NCBI GenBank assembly: GCA_964252035.1
Contig: OZ176205.1
From: Podarcis erhardii
Taxonomy: Eukaryota
Direction: 5' to 3' (one strand)
Length of the DNA: 64,000 bases
Below the pieces are notes generated by a model. The model did not search any database. It was not told where the DNA came from and saw only the letters and a list, made by a program, of their open reading frames with translations. Position numbers and translations under genes: made by a program. Within the stretch, counting starts at the first letter, position 1. The number at the start of each line of letters is the position of its first letter. Of this stretch, positions 11,795 through 25,559 are shown one piece after another.

Positions 11795-12813
11795 TCAATT
11801 TTTTTAAAAAAATAATGAATTAGCTGTTTAGTTTAATTAGCTGTTTAACATACACACATTAAGAAGTTCAGGTTTAAACAGGGATAAAAAGGTCATAGGC
11901 AACTGGAAATTTCCAGTCTTTGCTCTTGCAGAAATCCAGTGAAAAAAATAAATTTAATTTTAAAAGGAACCGGCTTTCTCAAATATCCTTCTTTCAATGT
12001 TAGAAATTTAAAACAAGGGCTTCAAAGTGTTTAGGGCGGCTTCACACCTTACAACCAAATATCTGTTTGTATTGCGAAAGGCAGCTATGTATTTTAACAC
12101 ATACCCCTCCCCTCTCACCTACCCCGCCATCTCTCTCGCTCATACACCCAGAGCTCACTTGAAACATGCATCAGCAGCCTGGGCCAACACAGTGTACTCA
12201 GGATGAAAAAAGTATATAGCCAGCCCAGATCGCATATTGTAGGCTGTGGAGGATAATACTAAATGCACAGTGATAAATAAAACACACTTCTATCGTAAGA
12301 TGTGAAGCAGTCTTTAGATTCAGAAGGATTTCAGGAAATCTTTTCAGAACATCAAGAACCACTATAAGCTTTAAAGGACGGACGCCCAAAAAAGCCAGGC
12401 AGATAGGCAGTCTCTCTTAAAGGCAGCAATTGTATCGGTACATGTGTTTTACAAGTTGTTTAGCAGCGTGCACACTTTATCTGTCAGCTTTAACTGCCAT
12501 AATGTTTTAATTTGTTTTTGTTTTCAACAATAGAGAAGTTCAACAAGAGGATTTTTCATTAGAACTTCAAAGTGCCAGAAATCTGAAAATGTTTTTAAAT
12601 TTTATGAAGTTCTAATGAAAAACTTTCAAGACAATGTTTCAGTTTGTTCCCAATAAACCGTGCAAGGAGCTACTTGGAATAATAGAAAAGGCAAGAAATG
12701 CTGGTTTATTTATAGCCACATAATATAAGCAAGAAAGAGATGGACACCCCCCCCCCCTTAAAAGCCATGTCTTGCGTCACTCTTAGTGTTCCCTTCAAAT
12801 ATTAAGCATTTCA

Positions 12814-12930
<117 letters not shown>

Positions 12931-14499
12931 TTAAGGGACAGGAGGAAGAGACTCAATTAATGCTTGCTCATAACCTCCTGGCAATAGGGGCATTTAAGCA
13001 TTACAAACAACTAGTGCACCACCTGTGTACACAAACAGTTAAGCTGCAGAGTTATGCACAAGTTACAGTCCATGAATTTATGCAAGTGTTGTGTACACAA
13101 CTGTTGAGCTGTACAAATCAGCAGAATTTAGAAAAACCAACAAGAGTGTACACACAAACACTTGTACATGTGTGCAGACAGCTTGTACTTGTGTACAGTG
13201 TACATGTGAACAAGCCTTACTGTGAGCTTTTCCACTGTACACATGGGGTTGCATTCAAAAGGATGGAACGTGGCAGGCAGGAGATAAAATACCTAAAGAG
13301 CAAGCAGTCCTTTCACTAGCCAGCATCCATTGTCTGCCATTAGGAATGCAGGAAGCTACTGACTTAGAGCACTGGTCCACTGAACTCGGTATTGCATATG
13401 AGTGTCAGAGGCTCTTCAAGATTTCAGGCAGAAATATTTCCTAACCCTATCTATCTGGAGATGCCCGAGAGTGAAACTGTGACCTTCTATATGTGCTCTG
13501 CCGCTGAACTATAATACCTAAATGGATGTCAAGCAAGTATTTAATTTTTAATAGAACAACACTGACATGTAATATGATCAAGGAAATATTTGTGTAGGTG
13601 TGCTTGTAATCTAGGAACACAGGAAGCTGCCTTATACTGAACCAGATCTTTGCTTCACCTAGCTCAGTTTATCTATTGTGACTGGCAGGGCGTTCCAAAA
13701 AAGCTTTAGACAAGAGTCTTTTCCATCTGTAAAAGAGGTGATTGAAACTGGAATTTTTTGCATGCAAATATTATGGTTAAGTTAAAAGTATCCACAATGA
13801 AACTGCAGGGCAACAACAATAATGTAATATTAAAAACAATGTTTGGCTTCTGATTTATATCCTGTTATGAAATCAGAGTGAAGAGTTGAGTTGAACGCTG
13901 TTGTTCTTGTTTTTTTAATGGAATTAAGCAAAAACCTTGGGGCTTTTCTCCAAAACTTATAAAATCCACAAATGCCAAGGAATTGCAAACACTGATTTAA
14001 AATACTTAGTTATTATTTATTAAACTTAGTATGTTGCTTTTTTAAACAGCAAGTAGCTTAAAATTGACTTACACTTAGTTTGACATTGTGAAATAAGGCT
14101 GCATGGCATTAGACCCGATTACCTAGAATGCTTTGGATGGTGTATCAGGCCCAGACTCAACTGGTGCTGACCACGTTTCTCTGTCCTGGGCTTAGTGATT
14201 GTGCTTTTTTAAAATCAATAAATAAAAAGGAAATGCAACCACAGGGAATGTGAATTGGGAATGTAGCATTCAGGGAGCAGGGGAAGATTCATCTTTCCCA
14301 TGCTGCTTTCCCAACCCACGACCACCATAGAAACCATTTGACCCTGAAAGTACCAATTTTAGGGGAAACCAGCAATTTCTGGAGTAATTCTTGGTAGGAA
14401 AAAGACATAGGGAAAGGGCTGTCCCTAATTTACCATGCCACAGTCCACATCCAGATTTGGCCCTCTCTATATCAAAGACAAAACAAGCCCAAGATAAAC

Positions 14500-14610
14500 C
14501 AGGGGTAGAGAGTCTGTGGTCCTCCATATGCTGTTGGACTACAACTGTAGTTGGCCATGCTGGCGTGGGCTGAGGTAAACTGGAGTCCAACAACATCTGG
14601 AGGGCCCTAG
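14500..14610. mobile_element. hAT-type MITE, degenerate
   Basis: CAGGGGTAGAGAGTCTGTGGTCCTCC...GGAGTCCAACAACATCTGGAGGGCC; same family as 435 and 40909. Confidence 0.65.
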
Positions 14611-14718
14611 GATAGACAATCATGTAATTATTCTCTTGGGAAGAATTAGCAACACACTATTAGGAATATGATCCTAATAATAGACTGATCGTGTTGTGGG
14701 AGGAGGCCATGAATTCTA

Positions 14719-15069
<351 letters not shown>

Positions 15070-16399
15070 TTAAAAGGTAGTGCTTAACCCATAACTGATA
15101 TTCAAACCTCATTTCAACAAATTTATGCAGATTTCAGGGTGAAAATGTCTCTTCTCCAGCTACTTATGAGACTGGTTTAAAGAAAAAGCTTCATGAAGCT
15201 AACTTTCTATAGGTTGGAGTGATCTGCATCATTTACCACAGTTTAGATGGTAGTGCTAAACTGTGAAGTACCACACAACCCTGACCTGCTGCCTGGGGGT
15301 TGTCATTTGTCTCACTCATGGATAACTGCTACAGTCCACCACTATTTCTCTCGCACTGAGCATATGCAGTAATATAAAACACCACAAAAACTCACATGGG
15401 ATGCTATTTTTTAAAAGCTTTACATTAAAGTGAGTATGTGCACATATTTAAATGAAACAGGGCTATTGCAGCAAAAGGGAGCAGAAAGTGTAGATTTTGC
15501 TCCCCAAATCTACTGGAAGAGCACTGAAAGAGGCAAATACATGTAGCAGGTCAATTTCACCAGGAAGAAAAAGGCTCCCCTTGGCTGGCCTTGGTAGGTA
15601 GCCTAACTTTATTGCTTACAACTGACCCTAACTTAGGTAAGGATCCCCAATGTTATGCAGACACTCCAGTGACACTAGGAAAGTCTTGGGAAGTCTCCAA
15701 AGGGCAGTAACATCCGGATGGACAAACCAGAAGAGAAAAGGAAACCAGAAGTTACGGCCGAAGGGCAACGAGATACTGCAGGGGCATGACAGAATTTAGG
15801 AAGACCTTGTTGCTCAACTGGAATATCTAGTTCTCTTATATTCCTGCCTGTCCTGGCCAGAAGGTTCTTCGCTGAGAAGTTGCTGCCTGCAGTTCAGTGG
15901 CCCACCAGCAGCTCGTCCCAAAAGGCTTACAAACCAGGACCTGATTGAACCAGGCTATATGAAGTTGGTTCTAAACTAAAACCCAGTTACGTGACTGAAC
16001 ATGGGTAACAATTTCTGTGCTTCAAATTCACAACGTGTTTAATCATATTTAAACACTTGTAGCACCGTCGGGGGGAGGATGAGGTTCTAAACCAACTAAC
16101 ACCTGCAAGGCATTTAGCAAGACCAATGATGTAAATTGCATCGGCCTTTTGCAAAAAAAAGTGTTTTATTGTAACAATCGCTATTTCCCCCTGCCCAGGA
16201 AGTCCACTAGGAGGTAAGCCATTAACAGCACTGCTTTGCAGATTTGCCCAAGACCAGCATGCACACACAGGGTCTCAACAAAGGTTTCCCAAGACCATTT
16301 TTGACTACTGAATGGGCTTTATTAGCTCTCAAGAATATTCTGCCCTTCTGTGGAATGTGATCAATTTTTGCAGTGTGCACACGTGCACTTGCAGTTTCC

Positions 16400-16463
16400 T
16401 GCTTGGCAGGGGGTTGGACTCGATGGCCCTTGTGGTCTCTTCCAACTCTATGATTCTATGATT
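16400..16463 (+). mobile_element. CR1-type 3' tail fragment
   Basis: GGGGTTGGACTCGATGGCCCTTGTGGTCTCTTCCAACTCTATGATTCTATGATT; typical CR1 (ATTCTATG)n end. Confidence 0.8.
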
Positions 16464-19400
16464 CAAGTAGTTCCCTTTAAAAAAACAGCCACCTTTTCTG
16501 CAGTGACTCGTGCAAATGTCTTTTCCAGCTACTGGCTCTAAGAAATTGCAAACAGCCTTTAAACAACAGCCTGTTTTATTCAGGGTCAAAGCTGGGGGTT
16601 TTCTCATGATGACAAGAAACACAAGCACTATGGCTCCTAATAAGTGGTTTCAGATTTTGAAAGGCCAGTTATCTGCAAAAGGCATCATTGTATTTGTGGG
16701 GTGGGGGAGTGTTGAATGCTCCAATGATTTCTTAACAAGGGAGAAAACAATTTTCTAGCTTTCATGTTCAATGGAGGAAGGGAGGCACCATTCAAAAGTC
16801 ATTCTTTCAGCCTAGCACAACCTACACACTGCCTCCTAGAAAAAAGATCAAGGCATCTACTAATGCACAAAGCAATGGAAAGTCCATATATAAAGGTACC
16901 CCAGGATGATATTATTGATCCCAAACCTTTCGAACTGCAAAGGATGTTAGGAGGGTGATGATTAGACCAAAATATGGTATGGAGACCAGATAGCTTTGCC
17001 TAAAGCCTATATCCAAATTTACCTTTATTCCGCTCTTTCTAGACAAAGTATACTAGTTAAAGCTCCATGTATCAGCGCCCCTTTTTTTGCTCTGCAGCTT
17101 TCCCTGCGAAAACCTGCTCTTTAAAGCTCAATCAGAGCAAAAGTCAATCCGCAGAAAACCCAAAAGTCATTTATTGACAACGCAACACAAATTTCATTAT
17201 TCTTGTTTCTTATATTCATTTCTCAGTTTTTAACAAAATGTTTCAAAAGAGACCTACAGATTTGAATCTCATTTGCAAATGGTTAAAAAGCCACAGAGAT
17301 CTCACTTACGTTTTAAACACAGGAAGCTGCTAGGCTATATGTACAAAGACAGCCCTCCCTCAGTCTGCTAAATAAGAGTACATTATTTAAGTACTCAGAA
17401 CATTCTGTATTTCACATGCCCTTTAGGAGCAAACAAGTAATTTATCAATCACATCAGGTCTTTCAGATACTAAGGCAAAATAAAAATGCATATGAGAAAA
17501 TACAAAGAGCCCCGAAGTACTTTAAACATTTGCTTATTGTAGCATAAGCATCTGGAAGCAGGAATTTGTTATTTATACAGCACCATCAGCATGAATGGTG
17601 ATTTACAGAGTGGAAGTAACACTGGTCTCCCACCTCAAAGAGCTTGCATTTTTTAAAAATTGGCAGAGGGAAACAAAAAAGGGAAAGGAAGGTGTGAACA
17701 AGGACATAATATATGATTACTTCAGTTTTACATACATAGGGTTGTAGTCAACTAATTTGTGGCAATAAAAACCAGCACAAGGAATCCTGTTAATGCAACG
17801 GGACTTAAACCTGTTTCCTCCCACCACACCCTCCCCAAATCTGCTCCAGAGGTTCAGAAGAACCCCGAGAACTGTGTGCAGGGGGAGGAGAGGAAATATT
17901 GTTCTTCCAGGCATGCAGAAAACCTTGCCCGGAGAGAACAATCTCATTAGCGCTAGAATGAATGCAACCCATAGTTCAGTTGCATGCAGCTACTTCAAAT
18001 GCATGTACAGGAACCAGGGATAACAGGAAGCTAATTGTCAGTCAAGATCTTCTCCAAGCACTCCTGGCCCTCAGAGGTTACATAGGGGCAGACTGAAGAC
18101 AGGGTCTTCCAGGTGGCAGTGCCCAAATTACGGGACTGCTTGCTCTTAAGTTTTCAACCAGTGCCTTCTTTGCTTTAAGTTTATTCTTTTATATCAAGAC
18201 TGACTTGTTTGTCTTAATGTAGAAAACAGGAAGGCATTGCTGGCAGATGATAGAAGCCTATTATCATCAAGAATATATGGGCATAAACACGACCTCAGAA
18301 ATGCCAATACTCAGGAAATGGGCAGAGAAAATTTTAACCTCTCAGGTCACACTATTGTTTACCTGAACTTAAGAGACATTATTGAACGAGGGTATACCTG
18401 CCTACTTCAGAATGAAAATGCTGAATTGCAAAATGTCGAGAAGTTCATTTTTTGTCATCTCTGGCATGGACAGGTATCAATAAAACAAGCATCCTGACAT
18501 TGGTGATGTCATTATCAGCTACTGGTGTTGTGAATGGTTAGACTATTTAATGGCACTATGTTTTGCATTGCTCTGCATTTCCCGCTCACCTGACCATTTA
18601 CATTTTCTCTTGTGCATATGTACCTGCCAGCTGAGAATAACACTTTTAGCATCTGATGGTACATGGAAGCTTATACTATAATAAACATTAGGCTTCTAAA
18701 GGATTCTTTGTGTGTTGGCAGCAACAGACCAACATGGCTACTGGAATGTGCACAGAATGTCTTCCTGAATTAAAATAAATGACAAGATATGTAAAGCTTG
18801 CCCAGCAAAACATTCTATTCCCCTGAAGATTAAGCAAAACCTACCACTAATAAAGGATGTCCTTATTCAGCATACTAATCAAAGCAACTATCAAGTCAGC
18901 TTCTCATTAAGAAGCTTGATATCACAGCGCAGGATTGGCTGCAGAAAAACCAAGGACACTTGTCAGCCATGGTGAATGACACAACCAGAAGCAACAAAAA
19001 CTTGCAGGTAAATAATCAAGCGTAGCTTTAAGGCAGAGCGTCTGTGATTAAGTAAGTTCTTATGCAAAATACTCAACTTGAGTACACAGTGCTTTGCCAC
19101 ACCAGTGGAAACAGTGAATACTGAACATCATAAGCACCTGCCTTGTCCTGGCCAACACATCTGCATTGTACAGATACGTACAGATAGGGAAGAAATTCAG
19201 TTTGGTCCACAGACCAAAAGACAGCCTTAAAAAAAAAAATTAAAATGCACTTTTCCAAATTTTGTAGTGTAATTGTTCAGCAAAGTAATGTGTACAAAAA
19301 TGCATGCAATGGGGGCAAAGTGTGCTTTAAAATGCATATATTAGTGAAAATGCATTATATAGGGGAAATCGCTTTGCAAAAATGTATATATTAGGTAAAA

Positions 19401-19915
19401 TTGCCTAGAAAATGGGCATATTCATGAAGACTTTCATTTTAATTGCAAACTGATATGGAAATGTGGGGAACTGAACATTTGGAGATATGAGAGACTGAGA
19501 GAAACCAAAATCTTCTACGAATTGACAGCTACACAAACATAAGCTGTTGTCAATTATTGGTTTCCCAATACCTTCCTACCAGGTAAGCTGTTGTCATAGC
19601 AACCTTCACCTCATTTAACTGGTTCTTAGTCCTGACTGCCTTAACCTCCACTGCCCTCAGTTCAGTTGGAGACAGTCATAATGATTTCTTATTTCTATAT
19701 CCAATAATTACTCAGCACAACAGGAAGAAGATATTGTTGGCAGGCGAAGGCTTATATCATATTGGAATATGCAATTGTGAATGAGCCCCTGATGTTATGG
19801 CTAGCATTATTAGGTCTTATTCCAACACTGCCAAAACAGATTTCAGCAAAATCCAACTATTGCAGGACAGGGACAGCAAAGAAAGAGACAGAACATCACT
19901 TGTCACCTACAGTTT

Positions 19916-20047
19916 ACAGAACTGTAGAGTTGGAAGGGACCAGGAGGATCATCTAGTCCAACCCCCTGCAGTGCAGGAATATTTCACCCAACATAGGGAT
20001 TGAACCCGTAACCCTGAGATTAAGAGTCTCACCAACTGAGCTATCCA
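19916..20047 (-). mobile_element. Short SINE: tRNA-Lys(CTT)-derived head + CR1 3' tail
   Basis: Minus strand reads GGATAGCTCAGTTGGT-GAGACTCTTAATCTCAGGGTTACGGGTTCAATCCCTATGTTGGG (A box, CTT loop, B box), then ATTCCTGCACTGCAGGGGGTTGGACTAGATGATCC...CCCTTCCAACTCTACAGTTCTGT. Confidence 0.8.
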
Positions 20048-20281
20048 GTTACATTCCAACCTATCAATGGATGGCAACCCATTATATTATAGGACTTAGA
20101 CAGTACATCTGTATTTCCTTACCAACAACCCCTACTCCATCTAAACTAGCCACTCACCAGCATCAACTGACCACCCAGGGGCAACGGCCTGTAACAATCC
20201 CTGGTTTCAGCTCTGTCATCACAAAGAACTCCATTACCCATCATTCTCATGTATCCACTTTATAGCATCAACTACCAACTA

Positions 20282-20507
20282 CAGTGGTACCTCAGGTTAC
20301 ATACGCTTCAGGTTACAGACTCCGCTAACCCAGAAATAGTGCTTCAGGTTAAGAACTTTGCTTCAGGATGAGAACAGAAATCATGCTCCGGTGGCGCGGC
20401 AGCAGCAGCAGGCCCCATTAGCTAAAGTGGTGCTTCAGGTTACGAACAGTTTCAGGTTAAGAACGCACCTACGGAACGAATTAAGTACTTAACCCGAGGT
20501 ACCACTG
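20282..20507. mobile_element. Tigger/pogo-like (Tc1-mariner) MITE, 226 bp
   Basis: TIR CAGTGGTACCTCAGGTTA / TAACCCGAGGTACCACTG, TA target duplication on both sides. Confidence 0.92.
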
Positions 20508-22947
20508 TATACTCTTCTTCTGTTTAGAACAACCTCCTATCTCTCTAAATTAGTAAATAAATGATTACAATCAGGCATTGCCATTTTTAATGCTCATAAA
20601 CCAGTTAGTGAAAGTCAGGATATACTGAAGCTGACCACAAAGAGACCATTTTTCAGAAAATATCTTAGAGGCAGGCTGGTGCACAGAAATGTGATAGACT
20701 TAATGCTACTCTTCGCACTGTTTTGTTTAGACTCCCCCTATACGTTTAGTGTGTATGCCTATATAGACACACACAAGTTCTGTCACTTGATGCTTCTATT
20801 GTGATGACCTTTTCATAGTAGGTGTTTTGTGTAAGATTATATTTGACAGGCACACATGTGACAACTGAGGAGAAGCACTTCAGACATCAGATGAAGAGGG
20901 TTTTAATTCACAGGAGCTTATTATTTATTCAAAAGACACTTTCAAATTGAATCGTACTCATTTTATGTTTGGGAAAGTGCACAGACGGGAATGTGGGTTT
21001 CAAACTGCGGTTGCCAACTCGGGAATGGACTTTTGGTTCACTACATTTGCTATCCCATCTAGGAAGTGCAATAAATCAAACTCCTTTTCTAAGTCAGCAA
21101 CCACAGTTCCACATTCCTGTCAGAACTTTCCAGGAGCACCTTGAATTTCTATTTGTTGCCTATGGATTCTGCATGAAATGCTTGACCAAGAGTAATGGGA
21201 AGACACAAACGAGATCATCCTCCCACCAACTCAGTTAGCCAGGAGTGCTGCAACATTCCGAAGATTATCAAAGACCTTTATTCGTATTGCTTTACAGTTT
21301 GAATTTTGCTGTTAAGAGTACAGAGGAAAGTGTTGTACAATTTTAAATATTTCTGTCCATCATCTCACTATTACCCGCCCCCACAAAAATAGCAAAGGAG
21401 AACATCTTGCTCCAGAGCCACCCAGCAAGACCACAGCTAGTAAGTGGCCAAATTGGCTTTGCTCACTTGCTTTGTCACCATAGCATAAGCCCTTTTGGCG
21501 AAAGACGTATGTGCTCATTGGGTGTAAGTTGTTCTCTTATTCTGGTTTTATTATTTTAAAGAACATTGTGGGCATCCACTAAAAATGGTATCCCCATCCT
21601 GGCATGGCAGTTTTTAGTCTGCATGTCTATTTCAATGTCACAGAGAATGGCAAACCATCAGCCACAGAATGCTACAAGAACCTACACCACATGGAATTCA
21701 TTGCCTCTCTGAAGCTCAGCTCCCCACACGTCTCACTTTATTTAAGGCTGCTTAAAAACAGGAGAAGAGCAAACACGGAGGAACAGTAATTTGAAGGCGT
21801 CTAATTTAAAATAGCCAGCGATGTTTACTAGCATCTAAAAATGTGGTATTTTTAAACTTTCTACAATAGTTCAGCTCCAGCAATTCAGGCACAGTTAGCC
21901 AGAGCACAAGTTGCAAAGTCTAGAAAGCTACAGTGCTGTGACTACACTACAAAGCTAAAAAAAAGTGTATTCCAAGCGAAACTCATAACCTCTTCAGAAT
22001 CCTAGAGATCAGCACTTAATCAGAATCTGTTTTTCCACTATGTTGTGTAATAAAAAGTAGCCTGAGCAGCATGGCCAGTTGTTGAACAAGCTCTCGGCTC
22101 TTCTGAAGTCCTAATCCTTTCTTGTGCCACATAATCAAGGCCCATCCCTATTCCCAAGGTGACTGTTTTAGAAAGCCCAACACTGTACGTTATGTGGAGT
22201 AACGTATAGCAAAATGTACACATTTTACAAAAAAATGCAGACATAGACAAACTGACCTAAACTAGGGATAGCCAACTGGTTTCTTCTGGGCCAGTTGCAA
22301 GCCACAGCCCAATTTTATTTGGTCCTGATGCCCCTCCCTGATTTTAATCAAGGCCTGCTGAGAGGTTTGTATAAAATTTCACTTGTGAGGAAAAGTAGTA
22401 AAATCTCAACTTTCAAGGCACTGTAGATATCCCTTGGATGCTATATGCGTTATCTACATCTATATTCGTTGGTAATGCTATATCTGAACATATGTACATC
22501 GTAATTTAGATGTCATTGCTGCTAGACAACACAAAATATTTACGGAGGCAATCTCATGAGGGTATCAGCTTGTACAGAACAACACACGTTTTAGTTCCCC
22601 AGAGCACTTTAGAGAATAAAGCAGCCCCCTAGTAAACGGAAGTTGGAAATCCCTCACCTAAATAGTCTAATCACAGATTGCAGGCTTTTCTGGCTGCAGA
22701 ATTCAAAGAAACCCTCCCAGCCACTGCCACCCTTCTCTAGAATTCCCCAACATCAAGCTCAGGCCAGCTTTTTCCTCCTACACATACACCTAGTAAAAGT
22801 CATTGATTTCTTTGCTTTGTACGCCGAATGCAAATGATTAATTATGGCATTAACACCCAGGGTCGAGCATTTCAAGACTGCTTTTTTGATAATATTATTT
22901 GTATGATTATGGTCATGACGATTAAAAAAAATCAAGACCCAACTCAC

Positions 22948-23004
22948 CAAAGCAGACTTCCCAACGCCACCTGAGCCAAGGACCACTAGCTTGTATTCAC
23001 GCAT
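22948..23004 (-). CDS. RAP1A: Rap1A coding exon 1 (aa 1-19; P-loop GSGGVGKS). Exon extends to 23031 with 27 nt of 5'UTR
   Basis: ATG at 23004-23002 (catcATG). Acceptor tttcctttccAG at 23033-23032; donor TTG/GTGAGT after 22948. Confidence 0.98.
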
Positions 23005-24325
23005 GATGCGGTCTATTCAAATACTGACAGTCTGGAAAGGAAAGAAAAGAAGTAATGGAGTTATGGTCATCATGTGAAATAATGCACAAGGGATAGTAAT
23101 GAACCAAACTGCTTCTGAATCTTCACATTCAGGCCTATTAACAGAGGTATATAGTGGCCAATGATAGACAAGTGTGATGTGGCTATTCCTTCTGCTAAAC
23201 TTGATAACTCCTAAGAGACTCAATGAGGTCCACAAGTCTAGACTGGACCTGGTAGCCAGCCTTTATTATTTATAGTTGCCCCACTGCTATCTCTCACCTG
23301 TTTCCTAACTGACATAGAAGATTCCATATGGGTGGAGGGCTACCTGTGTCTGAATTGCTGGGGTTGGGGGGTTGGCAAGGACAGCTTTTTACCTTCTGCA
23401 AGGCTCTGTAGATGTGAGAGGCCTAAAGAAAGGATCTCCACCCAGGTACAAAGAGTGAGGTAGCCTTCTCTCCTCTGAGCTTTCTTGATTCAATGAGAAC
23501 TAATAGGAGGAGTGGCTTCTATCTCATAAACATTCACCAGAAGCAACTTATGACTACAACTGTGAATCTGTAGATGTGTAGAGAGCAAGCAGTATGAACA
23601 CTCACAGGTTTTAAACTCCAAGCTGTTGGTGTTGGGAGCCAAATGGGTCAAACCCTGGCATCTCTAAGAACATCATAGATCTTTATCTTGCCCCTCAAGA
23701 ACAGACAGAGGCATTAACAAAACGAAACTCATTTTAAAAGCAAACAAATCATCAAACCACAGCAGGATGGTTGAAAAATGTGTTGCAGTTTCCAGGCACA
23801 GTAAACATTGTATGGCAATACAAAACAAAAAACCACCACCACCACCATTCTCATGTCATACTGTTGTTTTAGTCGATATGTTCTCTTTGAAAGATGTTAT
23901 TTTATGAGCAAATATTACGATAGTAAATATTAAATAAACATAGTAAAAAGGGACTTCAGAAGCAGAGAATCTGATAAAGGATCGCCTGTATATTCTACAA
24001 TTCTTTGACTAATCACTTTGAAAAGCTAAGTTCACAAGCCTTTGGCAGTTGCATCAACTTGCTTAGCAGAATACTTAATTCCTTGTTCCAAGTATTTTAT
24101 TACTTTTTGTGTAAGTAAAAACATGTAACAGGCTTATACAACACACATAAAATAACCGAGGTTTCCGCCCGTACAGCTGGTTTATGAACATACAGCTGGT
24201 TTATAACAATCAAACGAGACAAAGTCAAAGAAACAAAGGAGGAAAAAAATGGAGTAAAAACCTAAGAAAAATATAATGCCTCCCACTTGTGGTCCACTGT
24301 GCCACATTTAATGAAAGGGTGGGGA

Positions 24326-24415
24326 AAGAGAGAGAGGGAGAGGTAGAGGGGGAGAGAGAGAGAGAGAGAGAGAGAGGAAGAGTGTATGTATGTATGTATG
24401 TATGTATGTATGTAT
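24326..24415. repeat. Compound (GA)n / (TATG)n microsatellite
   Basis: Purine-rich GA run followed by about 8 TATG units. Confidence 0.95.
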
Positions 24416-24418
24416 TTA

Positions 24419-24626
24419 CAGTGGACGCTCAGGTTGCGAACATGATCTGTGCGGAAGGCACGTTCGCAACTCGCAGTGCTGCGTCTGCGCACGTGCGGGT
24501 TGCAATTTGGCGCTTCTGTTAATGCGCCGAAACTCGGAAGTAACCTGTTCCGGTACTGCTGGGTTCAGCGCGGTGCGCAACCCGAAAACACGCATCCTGA
24601 AGCATCTGTAACCCGAGGTATGACTG
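24419..24626. mobile_element. Tigger/pogo-like MITE, 208 bp
   Basis: TA|CAGTGGACGCTCAGGTTGC ... GTAACCCGAGGTATGACTG|TA; degenerate TIRs, CpG-rich interior. Confidence 0.8.
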
Positions 24627-25559
24627 TAATCTGGGGCACCCAGAAAGGAGCAGTTTGATATATATAGTAGAAAGTAAGTTTTCCAGTTTTTAAATATTAT
24701 TATTACTATTTTATAAACTATGCCTTAGTGGCAAAATTGTTTCCAAACTTCATTGAATAAAGGAAAACAGACTGAACTAGTGATAGGTGAAGCACACATT
24801 CTCCAGCTCAATTTAGAACTGGACAAAATTAAGCAATTTTCACATTTCATTCATATGAAAAATCTCATCTATTTCTGAGATCAATTATGCATTCATTTGT
24901 GATCCTACCAAGTGCGCAATGCCACAGTGAGTGTGATGGAACAATTCCCTCCAAGTCCAGCATCCTCATTTTATCTGGCTGCTGTGGCAAAGTTTTCTGC
25001 CAAGCAACACAATGTGTAAGGGGGTCCCCACCCCGGTTCCTGGTGTGTGGGGGTCAGTGCTGGAGGTAGACCTGCCTGCTGTCTCTGTCAGGGAAGGGAA
25101 GGGAAAAGGAAAGGAAAGGCCAGGCAAGTACAGGTGGATGAACAAGTTACAAACTGCTGACATTTATATCAAGATTTGGCCAAAACCAATTTAATGAGAC
25201 CGAATTTAAATATTTTTTCTATTGATTAGAAGCTTTTAACTGTTCCCCTCCCCCAGAAGTTTTAATTGTATTGTTTTAGTGTACATATGTTTTCCCTGGT
25301 TCCTTTGGAAGAAGATTGTTATCATTTATTTATTTAGATTTATATACCACACTTCATCGCAAGATCTCAGTGTGGTTCACAGAAGATGTGCGATATAAAT
25401 ATAATGAGACTGAAAGGAGATATGATAGCCATCTTCAAATATCTAAAGGGCTGTCACATGGAAGACGGAGCAAGCTTGTTTTCTCCTGCTCTGGAGGATA
25501 GGACTTGAACCAATGGATTCAAGTTCAAGAAAGGAGATTCCAACACAAAACTGGAAATA

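Noticed and set aside
19986-20047. Functional tRNA-Lys gene
   Set aside because: The 3' strand of the D-arm is deleted, the acceptor stem is degenerate, and it is fused to a CR1 tail, so it is a SINE head.
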